From assembly GCA_047495785.1 (NCBI GenBank), contig JBLDXI010000055.1, forward strand, positions 1,612,001-1,676,000: a stretch of 64,000 nt of DNA, read 5' to 3'. Below the pieces are notes generated by a model. It ran no database searches. It was given only the letters and a program-made list of their open reading frames with translations, and was not told the DNA's origin. A program made the position numbers and the translations under genes. Shown in pieces: positions 12,991 through 25,187 of this stretch (the first letter of the stretch is position 1; the number at the start of each line of letters is the position of its first letter). Source of the DNA: Lepidodermella squamata. Its lineage: Eukaryota > Animalia > Gastrotricha.

Positions 12991-15900
12991 TCATTGTTTC
13001 GTCTGTGTCGGCGTTTCCAGTTCCACGTCCAAAGAGGCGTGAAGCTCTTTTATCCACTGATAGAAAAATGAAATTACTCAATCCCAGATCGTTGAAAACA
13101 TTAAGCATTATTACCTGGTCTTCCACAACATTCCTCAAATCGTTTGTAGCTCTGTGCTGAAATACCGCAGCCTTTACTTCAAAGCTATCGCGCAACAAAC
13201 GCTCATCGCTAAAAATGGAAAAACACTAGTAATGATCGTACATACCCATCATTTCCAACATTACCTTATCGCCGGCCGACTTGGCTTCACATTCACGGGC
13301 TCATGAATTTTAGTTGCAGATCTAAAGCCCGGGTCGCTCATAGTTTTTGTCGAACTGAGTGTTTTGTTGGACTTCTTCGTACCATCGTCTCTGGAACGCT
13401 TCGTCACAACGTTGGTCCTATCGCAATTTTCCAAGCCACTATTTCCTCGCCGACTGTTTTCTTTCCAATGCTTCTCACTTTTTGCTGACAAAGTGGGAGA
13501 GATGGGGCTTCCCACGTCAACCAAAGCTCGCGTTGGCAAATAATGTTTGGCCAATGATCTACCCATTCTGCATGATAATCCGATGTAGCGATTGGATAGA
13601 ACTCCCGGTAGAACAGCTTGATAGTACCATGGCTATCAAATTGAAAAATGTGCATATGTCTCATCGAAGAAACGTGAACAAACGCTAGTCAACGTTGCAG
13701 CCGCTAACCAATCGCTTGTGCCCTGTTGCTCTACTGGCGCAGGCTGACCGCGGCAATATTGAGACGAGCCGACTACTGGTGAAGATTTTAACAGCATATC
13801 TGCAGCTGCAGAAACGCCGGCTCTAAGTGAATCGTTGGCGAAGCACCGTCGTATTAACATCAAACCCATCGCAGCAACATATCTGATTCTCCACTCATTA
13901 GAGGGATCTAACAAGGTCAAAATTATAAAGTTGGTAATCCATCATGAATAGTAGTACCTGGCATTTGCAGTACGAGAAGGTCCGCTAGAGAGGCAGTCTG
14001 AATTGCTTTGGGCTTTTCCAAAGGATCGGGATTATTGCGGTCACCGAGCAAAGCGTAACGTTGGATATTTATATCATGCGATCTCAGGCAAACGTCCACT
14101 ATGAGAAACGCGTAGTTTATTATCAGCTCGGCGGGCAGAGATTGCAATAAACGCTGAGATAGGGAATTTAATGAAATTTGATCAAATTAACTGATTTCAA
14201 TTAATTGGTTATACCTCAGACCGCTCAATAGAAGCACTGTTACCGCCACATTTGCTTTCTTTCCACTTGTGCCACAACTTTCGACCCTCCTCTGGATTAA
14301 ATGATCGATGACAATAAAAGACTATATTCAAGGCAAGCATTTACGATTGCACATGAAGAGCCGTTCAATTGTTTGAAGAACTTCCATATCTCTGTGAGCT
14401 GCATCGCCGAGAAGATAGAGAGCGATGGCACAATCGAGCCAGTTCTCGGCCTTAGTCATTATGTCGCATTCGACTAATCCAAGTAATGCATGCTGCAAGT
14501 CTTCTCTGCCGGCATAAAACTTGCTTTCAACAGCCCTGAAAACGTCCAAAGCGTGCCAGAGGGACGGACTTAAAGCATGGACTCCCTCAGTTATTGCTCG
14601 AGTGACAGGTACGTCTTCCTGCGATAGCTAAATGATCAATCGTAATTTAATTTGGCTACATAAGACACAAGTCCCCTTACTCACCATGGATGCGCTGGTA
14701 TTGAGCTTCTCCAGTTTAACATCTGTAGAATTTATTTCATCCATCTCCGCGAGTTCGGCATTGGACAAAGTTAACGACACACCATCTGTAATCATTTTTC
14801 CAACGTGTTCAATAATTCGAGCGGATAACCAAGCATCTGGATAATTTTGATAAATGGCAACGAGATTCTCAAATCCGTGTAGCTGATATGCTAAGCGTAA
14901 TCGAAATTCCGAGTGTTTGTCATTGACGATTTTGCAAGTCATGTGATAAAAGTACAACCGCAGAAAAATCAGACGGCCTATCTAAAGAATTTAATACCTG
15001 ACTTATTGGAAATTCAATACAGTAACAGCAGTACTAACATTAAGCATTCTTAGTTCGGTGCTTGATATAGCTTGTTGCCTGCTTGTTCGATTGCTGATCC
15101 AGTAAAGAATAATTTCCGCTACATCGAAACAAACTGGGACCTGCGAATTGAACGACATGATACCGTCAGATGGGGCGACTTTGGCCATGGGGGTGACATT
15201 GCCATAGGTTTTTGCGATCGAGTTTAGATTACACACGACGTCATTTTCTCAGACATGATACATGTCAAGTAGGATGTCAATGGAAAGCCCTGCTGATGGA
15301 GAATTTAATTATGTACGTCGTGGAACCTTTTGGGCCGTATGTACCTTGATAAATGATGTGGAAGGGTGGCAAAGTGACCCTGAGTACGGTTTAGATGCAG
15401 ATGGGGTGACTTTGCCCTAACTCAAACCGCAGGTGGAAAGGTGGATACCTCACAAGTTGGGTACCGCTGGATAGCTTGTGTCGGGGGCTGCTCGAAAGTG
15501 ACAAGGTCTTTTCATTTTGAGCACACCTGGTCGACTTTAGAGTCATCTATATTCTGCCGAAAAGTGTATTTTTTCGCTCAACTTTACCTGTGTTTAATTA
15601 CCAGGTATTGTTAAAGGCTGAAGTATGTTCGAGACATTCCAGTTGGTCTTTTCTCGGGCTTTTCAACGGTATCCCACTCAAGGGGTCTTTATCTTGATAC
15701 CTCTGAGATATGGCTATGCGAAAGTCGCCCCATTTTTCCGTGGCAATGTCACCCCACTGTCCAAAGTCGCCCCATCTGACGGTACTTAATGACGAGGTCT
15801 GAGCAACTGATATCATACCAAAGCATCTGAAAGCGCAGTTTGCACCAAAGATACCCACAGGATGTCTAAAGATGCTGTAAATTCATGAACGTCAATGAAA

Positions 15901-16407
15901 TATAATTAATGAGTAACTAAAGTGTAACCATTTATAATGTCCCTGTCTTCGCACTGAGCCAACTGCACGCATTCCCGCCACGCCAGAGCTGTGTCCACGT
16001 GGATGCCTTCGCCATTACTGGAAATGCCGGCTAAACGCTAATTTAGTTCATTGCGAAATGATATGCTATAATGCGGAGTAGTGTGAAATCCACAAATCAT
16101 ACCTTGATTCTTTCCAGCAAAGTGTACGCTCTTTTTTTAAATTGAAGTTTTGATACTTCACTTTGTTCTTGGTTGAACGATCTGACAAACGCACTTTTGA
16201 CCCTGCAGGGAGCTCTGAAAGATTGAGAGAAGCGGTTAAAGTTTTAAAATTATAACAGGTGACAACAAACTCCTTTGCATTCGCCGCTTCTAGTTTTCGC
16301 CGCTCTTGCTCGTGAAAGTCTCTCAGCAAACGCTCTTGAAGAGACACGCGGTAGGAAGTACTGAGAATTCCGAATTTGAATGTCTTTTCAACCTTTTGTA
16401 TAGGCAT
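12991..16407 (-). CDS. TMEM232: TMEM232 homolog (multi-exon)
   Basis: Spliced segments LAWRECVQLAQC, SLDILWVSL, FDVAEIILYWI, IGRLIFLRLYFYH, NWLDCAIALYLLGDAA, YAFLIVDVCL...RYALLG and EDQWIKEL follow the order of human TMEM232 motifs as I recall them (WLDSVLALLVLGEAA, IGYLVFLRLF). Start and end are approximate. Confidence 0.72.
15163..15782. mobile_element. 620-bp MITE (Tc1/mariner-pogo type) in a TMEM232 intron
   Basis: Perfect 22-bp TIR CCGTCAGATGGGGCGACTTTGG that extends imperfectly to ~41 bp, with TA on both flanks (15161-15162, 15783-15784) and internal copies of the GGGGYGACTTT motif. Confidence 0.88.
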
Positions 16408-16762
16408 TATGTCAAGAAACAGCCGTATTGGGGTAACGCATCCCCAGCATGCAGCTGCTGCAGCTGCAAAAAGAAACCGCATACATGTAACCTCGCGTTG
16501 CTAAGCACGCCGTTTTTTATTATATTCTCAAATAATATAAAAATGCAAATTGGTAATTTATAAGTATTTTTTTAATTACAGTTGTGAAAAAACTTTAGTC
16601 ACATTTTCCGCGTGTCTAGTTTTCTTGAGCGGTTTGAAAATCGCCCACCAACCACTCTTACTGCGTTCGTACACCTTCCATGTGAGCAATTTTTCTCAGC
16701 GATACATCAAATTCCATTGATTCTTTGTGTTCTATCTCCAAGAAACCAGCGCACTTTTAATA

Positions 16763-18427
16763 ATGCCCGTAAGTTTTATGCTATTTGTATATTCGCAGAT
16801 ATCATTTGATCATTTGATTTTTGACTAATTGAATTTTACTGGGCAGTCCCAGGCGGTTTTCAGTTTTCATCCGGCTGTTTACTAGTTAGCTTTCGGGACA
16901 GCTTCTTTTCAAATATTTTGAATAGTTACAGGTTTTAAGTTAATGATTGGATAATATGTTACCTTGAGATGTCTGTTAATTTCAGACACACCGTTGTGTT
17001 ATGTATTACATCCATTATCCAGGCACCAGGCACGATATTGGAATATCAATGTTTATTTTCTAAGCATATGATACCAAGAACCAAGCGTAAACGCTATATA
17101 GTTTGTTAATTCATGATGTTTTAGATCTTCGCGTCACGGCGAGAATTCAATGAAATGGCGATGTTCAATGAGTTCTTGTTATTCAGTAGTAGTAACTCCG
17201 GGGTTAACTCTTCGAGGACCGAAATCGTCGCCGAACTATCCGTTTATTTGAAGACTCGCCGTGGAGCACGCATCACTAAAACCGCGCGAGTTGAGAAGTA
17301 GAATTTTCTGTTGGCTGGTGATTTTTTATAGGCGTGTGAAGATTCTCTGTCAAGTCGCAACCCGTTTTTTACGAATAAAATATCTATGCGGTATGTGATG
17401 GTATTTGATTGTTAATGTGACTAATGTGATTTCCCCCATCGCTGGGAGTGTCCCAGGTCCTAATTATGTGTTAATAGGAGGGATTTTCTTGATTTACGCT
17501 GCGATATTTTGGCTTATTGCAGTCTACCTAACCCCAAACATGGATAAGAACGAATAGCTAAGTCTGGCCAACAATAGGTACCGGATGTTTTCTCTGAAAA
17601 AGCGATAGCTAGTGCACTTTTATTATTGCGCACGTGCCCTATTTATACAACAATTAGGAAAATTGGTAGTTTTTTGGCATCTCAAACTAGGAACCCGAAG
17701 TGTTAAGGTGCCATAGTGTCAATTCATGTTAGTGTTAGTTAAGTTTTAGACAATAAAATGTCAGCAATGCCATTTTACTAATTATTAATTACTAATTAGC
17801 TTCGCGATTCATACGCAATAGCCAATGTCACCCGTAGATAATCGCAGAAATAGTCTGGATTCGCCGTTTTTCGAAATGACCTACGCGGCTTCAATTTGAG
17901 GCGATAATTAATTTGAAAGGCAATATATACTAGCATAGTTGAAGTCGATATGTCGAACCGGCAAACTGCCGTATTTCTGAGTTTTATTATGGGACATTTA
18001 TGATATTAAAAATTCAACAAATCCATCATAGCAGCATTTTTTCTCAAACTTATTTTTTTAGATCTCTCGGGACTTGCTGCACCCAACCTACGACGAGGAG
18101 AAGCGCAAATGCAAGCTTAAGCGCCTTGTCCAGAGCCCAAACTCGTTCTTCATGGACGTCAAATGCCCCGGTAAGCAATATATTATTTGCTCATGTTACC
18201 TGCATTCTCGTTCGCTGTTTTCTTAATTCAGGTTGCTACAAGATCACTACCGTCTTCAGTCATGCTCAGACCGTCGTCGTGTGCACCGGCTGCTCGACTG
18301 TTTTGTGCCGGCCTACCGGTGGCAAGTGCAAGCTCACCGAAGGTTAGCCCGATTTTAGGTTGAAAAACGTCCGATATAATATTGTTGCTTTCAAACAGGT
18401 TGCTCCTTCAGGAAAAAGCAGCATTAA
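16763..18427 (+). CDS. RPS27: 40S ribosomal protein S27 (eS27); 4 coding exons, the first being ATGCCC at 16763-16768
   Basis: [84 protein letters not shown]. The first exon is inferred from ATGCCC|GTAAGT. Confidence 0.95.
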
Positions 18428-18609
18428 GCGTCAAAATGAAACTTTTAAGATTTCCTATTTCATGCTGAGAGTCAGAAGAGATATCGAGAGTTGATACGTA
18501 AATTGTGATGGCAGAATAAAATCTAAAAGCTTGCATATTCCGGCCTATTTTTTACTACTTCATACGTATGGCGTTTTTAAAAATAATGAAGCGAGGAATT
18601 GTCCGAGCT

Positions 18610-20520
18610 TTATAATATTTGCACCACCTTCGTATCGTCTGGAATATTTATCGCGACTTTCTCTGTGTCGTTTGTGGTTAACAAAGTAGTTTCCCCTCCA
18701 CATTGGAGCTTGTATCGCCGGCCTCGCCATGAAACTTGCCGCGAGAATGTTCCGATGAGATGAACTACCGGGGAAGCTGTTTGCAGAAGAAGCCACCCCA
18801 TTAGCAGATATTTGTACGGCATCCGTTTTCGCCCATGCTTCGATCAAATTATACGTGATTATTGAAAAATAATGTTAAACAGATGCTCACCAGAAGACGT
18901 CTTAGAAGCACCCAATCTAGAATGCAAAAGGCTAATAAATGAATTCCAAGTACCACCCATATATTAGTCGCGAAAAGTTCATGCAAAGATAGTGCCCCAA
19001 TTATCCCCATTGCCAAGCACTCGGTGAAAGGTGAGATGATTTCCACTGCAGGTACCATCATTTGTCGCAATCTCTTCCACCTATAAACGGAAAAGGCTGT
19101 ATTTCAGAATGCCAGAAATATGAGAATGATTAGCAATGCAAAACTCCTTTCCTGAAATTAACTAGGTACCTATCGTTTGTTTGAAAGAAGTCGCATTTGA
19201 AATGTAAAAATTTAGAATTATTTTGTACGCGAGTGATTGCTAGGCGTATTTCTCATTCATAAGACCGCTTTGCATTAAATTCAGATGCCTTCAAAACGGA
19301 TACCTAGCTATCAAATCACTGCCTCACCTCAACACTCGCGAATACAAGTTCCGAAGAGTCAAATCCGGAGAGGTCGATGGATTGTGCAATGCTGGCCTTC
19401 TGCCAACCCGAATTTTCCAGCCGCTTAACGTTAGAACTTGGTTAAAGTATGTTCAGTCAACTCAGCAACTTACCTTCGATGAATATTTCTGGACAAGAAA
19501 TAATCCTCCGCTAAATACTTCCCAAAAGCTCCAAGACCACCGCAGCTTTCAATGGCTTCGCGTTTCATTAAGGTACTGCTGCCCAGAGCCACTGGGAATC
19601 CCATACTCGCCCACCAGAGTGAGCTTTTAGCCATTATTGAGGAAAAGTAAATTTGGTTGGTTGCGACACCTATAGTTTTGCGAAGTTGAGTGCAGATGAC
19701 AGGCACTTGCCATACCATGCCGATTCCATCTTCCGCCATGAATTCATTCACCAAGTCTAGCATGGTATCCTTTTCAGCTGCATTTCGTGTGGTGTAAAAA
19801 ATGTTTGAAGATCGGTGATCATAATAATACATAAGAAACAGCCTCACCTTTGACGCTCTGATCTGAAATCAAAATCAAATCGTATTTTGCTGCGTTGTAG
19901 CCAGGCATCATGTTCTCAATTTTCGCATTACAATAAATTCCACTGGCTGAAAATACAAATTTAGCTCTCATTTTGCGCAAAGCGAAGTTTGCTCAAAACC
20001 TCCAGATATCATCAGAGTTGCATCAACGTGGGGATACTTCTTTATCAAAGATTGAACGATATCATAAACTGGTTCCGTCGCATCGTGAATGCAGAATAGA
20101 AGCTCAAACTGTCATAATAAACTATTCAAGTTATCGATAATAAGGTCGTGCGATATGCATACATTTGGATAATTAAGCTGAAAAAATGTTTCCAGATTAT
20201 GTTGAAGACGATGGTCTCCTCCACTCAAAGGCTTCAAGATTGAAACTGGCGGGTACGATCGAAGTGGCAGTTTGATTGGGCGATATAAATGATTGTAGCT
20301 AGCGAAAATTCATCAAACCTAAATAGGATACTGACGACTGATCTTACCTGTATCGTATCGCAATTATAAAACCGAACCATAGAAAAATGAAAAATGCCAA
20401 GCCGATGATGCTTAATACCAGGAAAACCAACGGCCAGATCGAGTCAACGGCAAGATCCGAAGTCCCATTTAAGGAAGGCGTCGAATCACCGATTATCAAT
20501 GTGTCTCCGTCTGGTTGCAT
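18610..20520 (-). CDS. UGCG: Ceramide glucosyltransferase-like, paralog 1 (GT21)
   Basis: N-terminal TM helix, then PVSILKPL, NLETFFQLNYP, FELLFCIHD, YNAAKYDLILISD, GGLGAFGKYLAEDY, RVLRWKRLR, PFTEC and VSWRGRRYKL. Confidence 0.9.
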
Positions 20521-20757
20521 AATTTTAGTGTGCTATTATGTCAGCCGTGCGACGAGGTGAGAACTAGCGCATGTTCTTCGCCTCATTGCTAATCCTCTGC
20601 GACCTCAAAATTACCAAGCCCCGTCTTCCTCTTCTTATCTTCCACCGTCTCTGTTCTCTCCGTAACATGAGGCCACGTTGTAAAATCAACAGCGGTTTAT
20701 TAACAGATCTTGTCAAAATTGCGTAAAAATCATGGTAAAAACGTCAATTAGCGGAAA

Positions 20758-22736
20758 TCAGAATGTCAGTCTTGCGTCAACCCTGGCCAATAATTGTTTG
20801 CAGTCGTCCAAAGACGGATCACGTACGCTGATCAATTCGAAAGGCGGTTTTTGAGCGATTTGACTAGTACGATTGCACCGCTTAATAGTCATTAGGCCGC
20901 CCAGTGTCACGAGTTGGCATTTTAAACGGTTCATTGCATCGGTCAGCCGTTTGCCAGCTGCAGCATCTCGATTCATCGTTGCTTGAGTGTGGAGTTGCCG
21001 ACACTCTGCCGGCGTAATTCCAAGAAGAGACGCTAGCAGCTGAAATTACATTTTCGTAAAACAAATGCCCAAGTTGAATCGATACTTGCCTCCTGTGACA
21101 CTAAACATTCTATGGAATTGGTGGTGTCAGCAACTTTAACTTTGAGCGTTACTTCGTTCGGTGGGGCGATTTCAAGTTTGCCAACGGTAGAAAGAACGAA
21201 TCCCTGGTCAGTTTCAAACATTGAATGTAAAAATTAAAACCCCATAACCCGATTTTACCTTGATGACAAATAATTCGACGGATTCTTCAACCAAAGCTTC
21301 TGACCAGTACATAAAAGGCCTCTAATGTGAGTGATCGTCTTTATCAAATGAATCACTTCAATTTATAAACAAAGCTAACCTCCCGATCGATTCGGCTCTG
21401 AGGAGGCTCGTCATAGTTTAGATTGAAATCAGCGTCAAAGTCCCACGTGAATGCTCCATGTAGTTGGTTCTCATCTTGAGGAACTGGTTGAGGAGCGGGT
21501 TCAATTACAGGCTCCTCGACAGCCGCGATCAAGGCGTCATCATCAACATCTTCCTCTTCATAACCAACGGCTCTGCTAGCACTCGACGCAGAAATCGAAG
21601 CATTGATTGTAGTCGCAGTGAGAGTGGTGCTTTGCGTACTACGGCCGATGGCTGATACTTGCGATTCGCGTCCACCAGTCAAAGGCACACGCACGGTTGT
21701 AGCGGTTCGGTTGAACGACCCAGCCAAAAACTCAGCGTCGTCATCGTTTTGAGGTTGACGATTGTTAGCCATACGGTTCGCTGGGGGTTGACGAATAGGC
21801 GGCTGAACTGGTGCAGACACTTTCTCATTTAGACGGACGTTGCTAGAATTGGCAGATTGACCCAAAGGAGGTCTAGCATTATTAGACGGGGGATTTCGAT
21901 TTTCAACTGCATTTCGTACTGGCCGATTTTGATTGTTTCGATTGTTTCGATTTTGATTATCATTTTTTGCATTACTAATGTGACATGACAAATTCAGATT
22001 TATCATAGGATCGTTGAAAAATTTACCTCAATTGCATTTCAAGAATGCTCACAATACTATTTCTCTCGACTAGATTTTCAACTGCGCCGCCTAAAAATTT
22101 CACATTTTCTGCTTTCAAAAGTAACATCACTGGACAATTCGGTGCAACGTCGATGCCGCGTTTGCATAAGATTTGGCCTTGAAGTAACAATTTACAGCCG
22201 GGCTTCAAGTCGTCAAGATTTAACGCGGAAATCGGTGTGTACTCCATCGCGTTAACTTTTGTAACCCCATCAGTCAATTCCAATTTCAGCATCCTGCGAG
22301 GACCTTCTTTTTTCTTCTTCCAGTCAGATTTCCACTCAGCCCCTGGTTCGTCAGCTTCGTCTAGCTCACGGCCCCGTATCTTTTGAAGCTGGGCATAAGC
22401 CGGCTGGGCAACATCTCTAACGGAGTTCACCTGAACGCAAAACCGACCGTTCAGGGTAAAATTATCTTTTATCAGCAAATCATTCGGCAAACACGGCTGT
22501 TCGAGTTGAGCAAGGTCACAATGAAGCCATTGCACATAAACATTTTGGTTCAGTTCGTGTGCGAGCTAGCCGTAAAATGATAATTGTTACATTATGATTC
22601 CATTACAGTCTTTTGTTCATACGTGAGGTGTGTCTTCTAAAACGTATTCAATGCAAGCTACTAACCATTCATCGGGAACGACGATGCCATAGTTTCTGTT
22701 TAAAAAACGTTTGACTTCGTTGGCTGTTTGATTCAT
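20758..22736 (-). CDS. RMI1: RecQ-mediated genome instability protein 1
   Basis: VPDEWLVACIEY...QWLHCDL...CVQVNSVRDVAQPAYAQLQK...RMLKLELTDG...AMEYTPI...PGCKLLLQG...LLLKAENVKFLGGAVE is the RMI1 N-terminal OB fold. A low-complexity linker and a C-terminal OB region (PFMYWSE, KVADTTNSIEC) follow. Confidence 0.88.
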
Positions 22737-23289
22737 AATTTCTAAACTGACGCGTAAAAATAGCAGTTAAATGATTCCAGTTTTATCTTTCTTTAACTCG
22801 TGCAGCTTATAAACCCATTTCACGATTTTAGCACATGCAAGTCACTTGTCATTCAAGATATACTTTTCACCAGAAAATCAAGTCACTCATTCAGAGTAAT
22901 AACAATATTTAGTTTGACGTATTTACAGCATAAAGCACAATATAGCTGACTTTTGAGACAATAATTGTCAGGTAAGTTGACTGCCGGAATGTGTTGCCAG
23001 TGTTTTCACGATACGATCAGATCTAAAACACATTTCAGCTGAAATACCGATTACTCTTCAGAGGCACCGTTCATGTACAACCATTTCAAAACAAATAATG
23101 ATAATGATGAAGGATAACTGTGATCGAAATGAACAAATACGTCTTTCCCGCAATAAATAACGACGAGGATATCAGGCTGTAAAACAATGCCTTGGCTCAA
23201 ACAGTTCCTCTTTTACGCAAAGAATATATGCGAACGTCCACTCCGATCAATCATTTCCAGCATGGCAGTTCGAGAATTGAGTCCACTTC

Positions 23290-24053
23290 TTATTCGCGAT
23301 GCAACAGGACGAAAACACCGAGGAGAACCAACACAGCATACTAAACAGAAATCAGAAAAGTTATAACTAATAGGCATTTAACACCCTTAAAATCTAACCT
23401 TGAATTTGGGGTAGTCGTTCATGATGATCGTTACCATCCCCATGTATGGGCAAAATCCTTTAGCTCGGCCAATCACGTCTTTCCTTTCGAGCCACATCTG
23501 ACCAGGTGAATATAGGCCTCTGTCGTCAACCTGGTTGTTATCACCTTTTGTCAAGAATTTTACAGTACCATTTTCACTGCAATAAACAAGTAAATGAAAA
23601 AGTTTAAATGCTGCTATTAGCACTTGTACCGTTCGTGGACTTTGATGACTCGGTGGACGATAGGTATCTCTTTTCCTTCAATTTTGAAAACGGTGATATC
23701 GCCAACTCTGATGGGGTCACTCATGTCATTTGTGAGCAGTAATAAGTCTCCCCGATGGAAAGCCGGCTCCATACTCCCACTGAAAAATTACACGTAGCGT
23801 GAAAAACAACGATAGGTCACATTTTAATCACCTGAGAACCACAACGATAGGACTTTCGCTGCCAGTAAATACCATTAATCCTTTCCAAATCATTAATGCT
23901 GATGCCACAATCATTCCGAAGTTGAGCACTTGGTAATAAACCTGCAAGTTAATTTTAAGAGCTGAATATATCAATAGTTGTAGTTGATCAGACCTGCCGC
24001 TTATCCATGCGACGAATTTCGTCCAAAAATTCGAATCGATCCAGGAACTCCAT
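23290..24053 (-). CDS. SEC11: Signal peptidase complex catalytic subunit SEC11
   Basis: [55 protein letters not shown]...[11 protein letters not shown]...[17 protein letters not shown]...LLHRE*. Confidence 0.96.
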
Positions 24054-25187
24054 CTCGCGATATTTAAAAACCGTCTAGGCAAATAACTATACGAATGCGA
24101 AATCTTAAATTCGGTCAGATTCAATGAAAAATAAATCAAGGGTCGGTATTCTCGCAAGCAAGTACTCGAGAAAGTTAACTCGTGATTTTTTTAAATTAAA
24201 GAAGCATTATTTCTAAGAGTTGGAAAGCATAGGATTCGGAGCTGAACCTAAATCAGGTACGAGAAAAGTCACTAATCATGTTTACCAAGGAGTCAAACCG
24301 ATTTCTCCCATATCAACCCAAGCTCTGTTAAATAACCTAAATTGATTTAAGATCCATCCATCCATGCGCTCTCTACGAATAAAACTGCATTACTCTACAG
24401 AGAAGCAAAATCTCTGTTGTCATTTTGACGAATTTTTTTTACAACCGCGGCAACACATTATACAAAACGCTACGGGCCGATTTCTAATCGTTTCTCTTAT
24501 CACCAATATAGTACTTAGTAAAATTCCTTCAGCATGAATTTCTAACCACATCTGAAATCATTACTACTGCATAAAATATGAATGTAAGCAGCTCAACGCC
24601 TAGCGATGTAGGATGTAAGGAGTTTTCAGCGGCTTAGGGTAGCCCTTGCATGACGCTTCTGGGTGCTGTAAAGCTAAAGAAGGTTCGAAAATCCAGCGAT
24701 TTGTGCGATTATTGTTTAAACTCGGACCCCGGACCGTTTTAATACAGACAGTCTCTAATAAGGAACTTTAATAGAAGGCAAACTGGACTTCATATAAATT
24801 AAGAGTCCAATTCTGACTGTCTTGAACGGCACAAAGCTGATCCGTAAAACAACTTCCACTGTATCCACTCCAAAACGCAACAGTAAATTGAGCAACTGAG
24901 GTTGTGGTTAAGTTGGCCTCAATTTTCAACAAGTACATATAATTTCTGTGCCAAATTCGAAACAGTTTTCTAAACTGTCAAAACCAGAACCTACACCGGC
25001 ACTATAGATGACCGGTGGAAAGGGGCGTGAGCCGGGAGCCGGGAACCGTTAAGTCGAATTAGGAGATAGATAATCAACAATATAAACGATAATTGAAATT
25101 GAAAATGTCAACTCGCGTAGCGTTTGGTTCTCAACAAGCCACAAGCTCCTCAACCGGTGAAGCGACACCGAGAAAACACTACGAATA

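Noticed and set aside
24628-24700. tRNA/SINE-like boxes (GGCTTAGGGTAG ... GGTTCGAAAATCC)
   Set aside because: No cloverleaf or acceptor stem could be built, and the B-box is imperfect.
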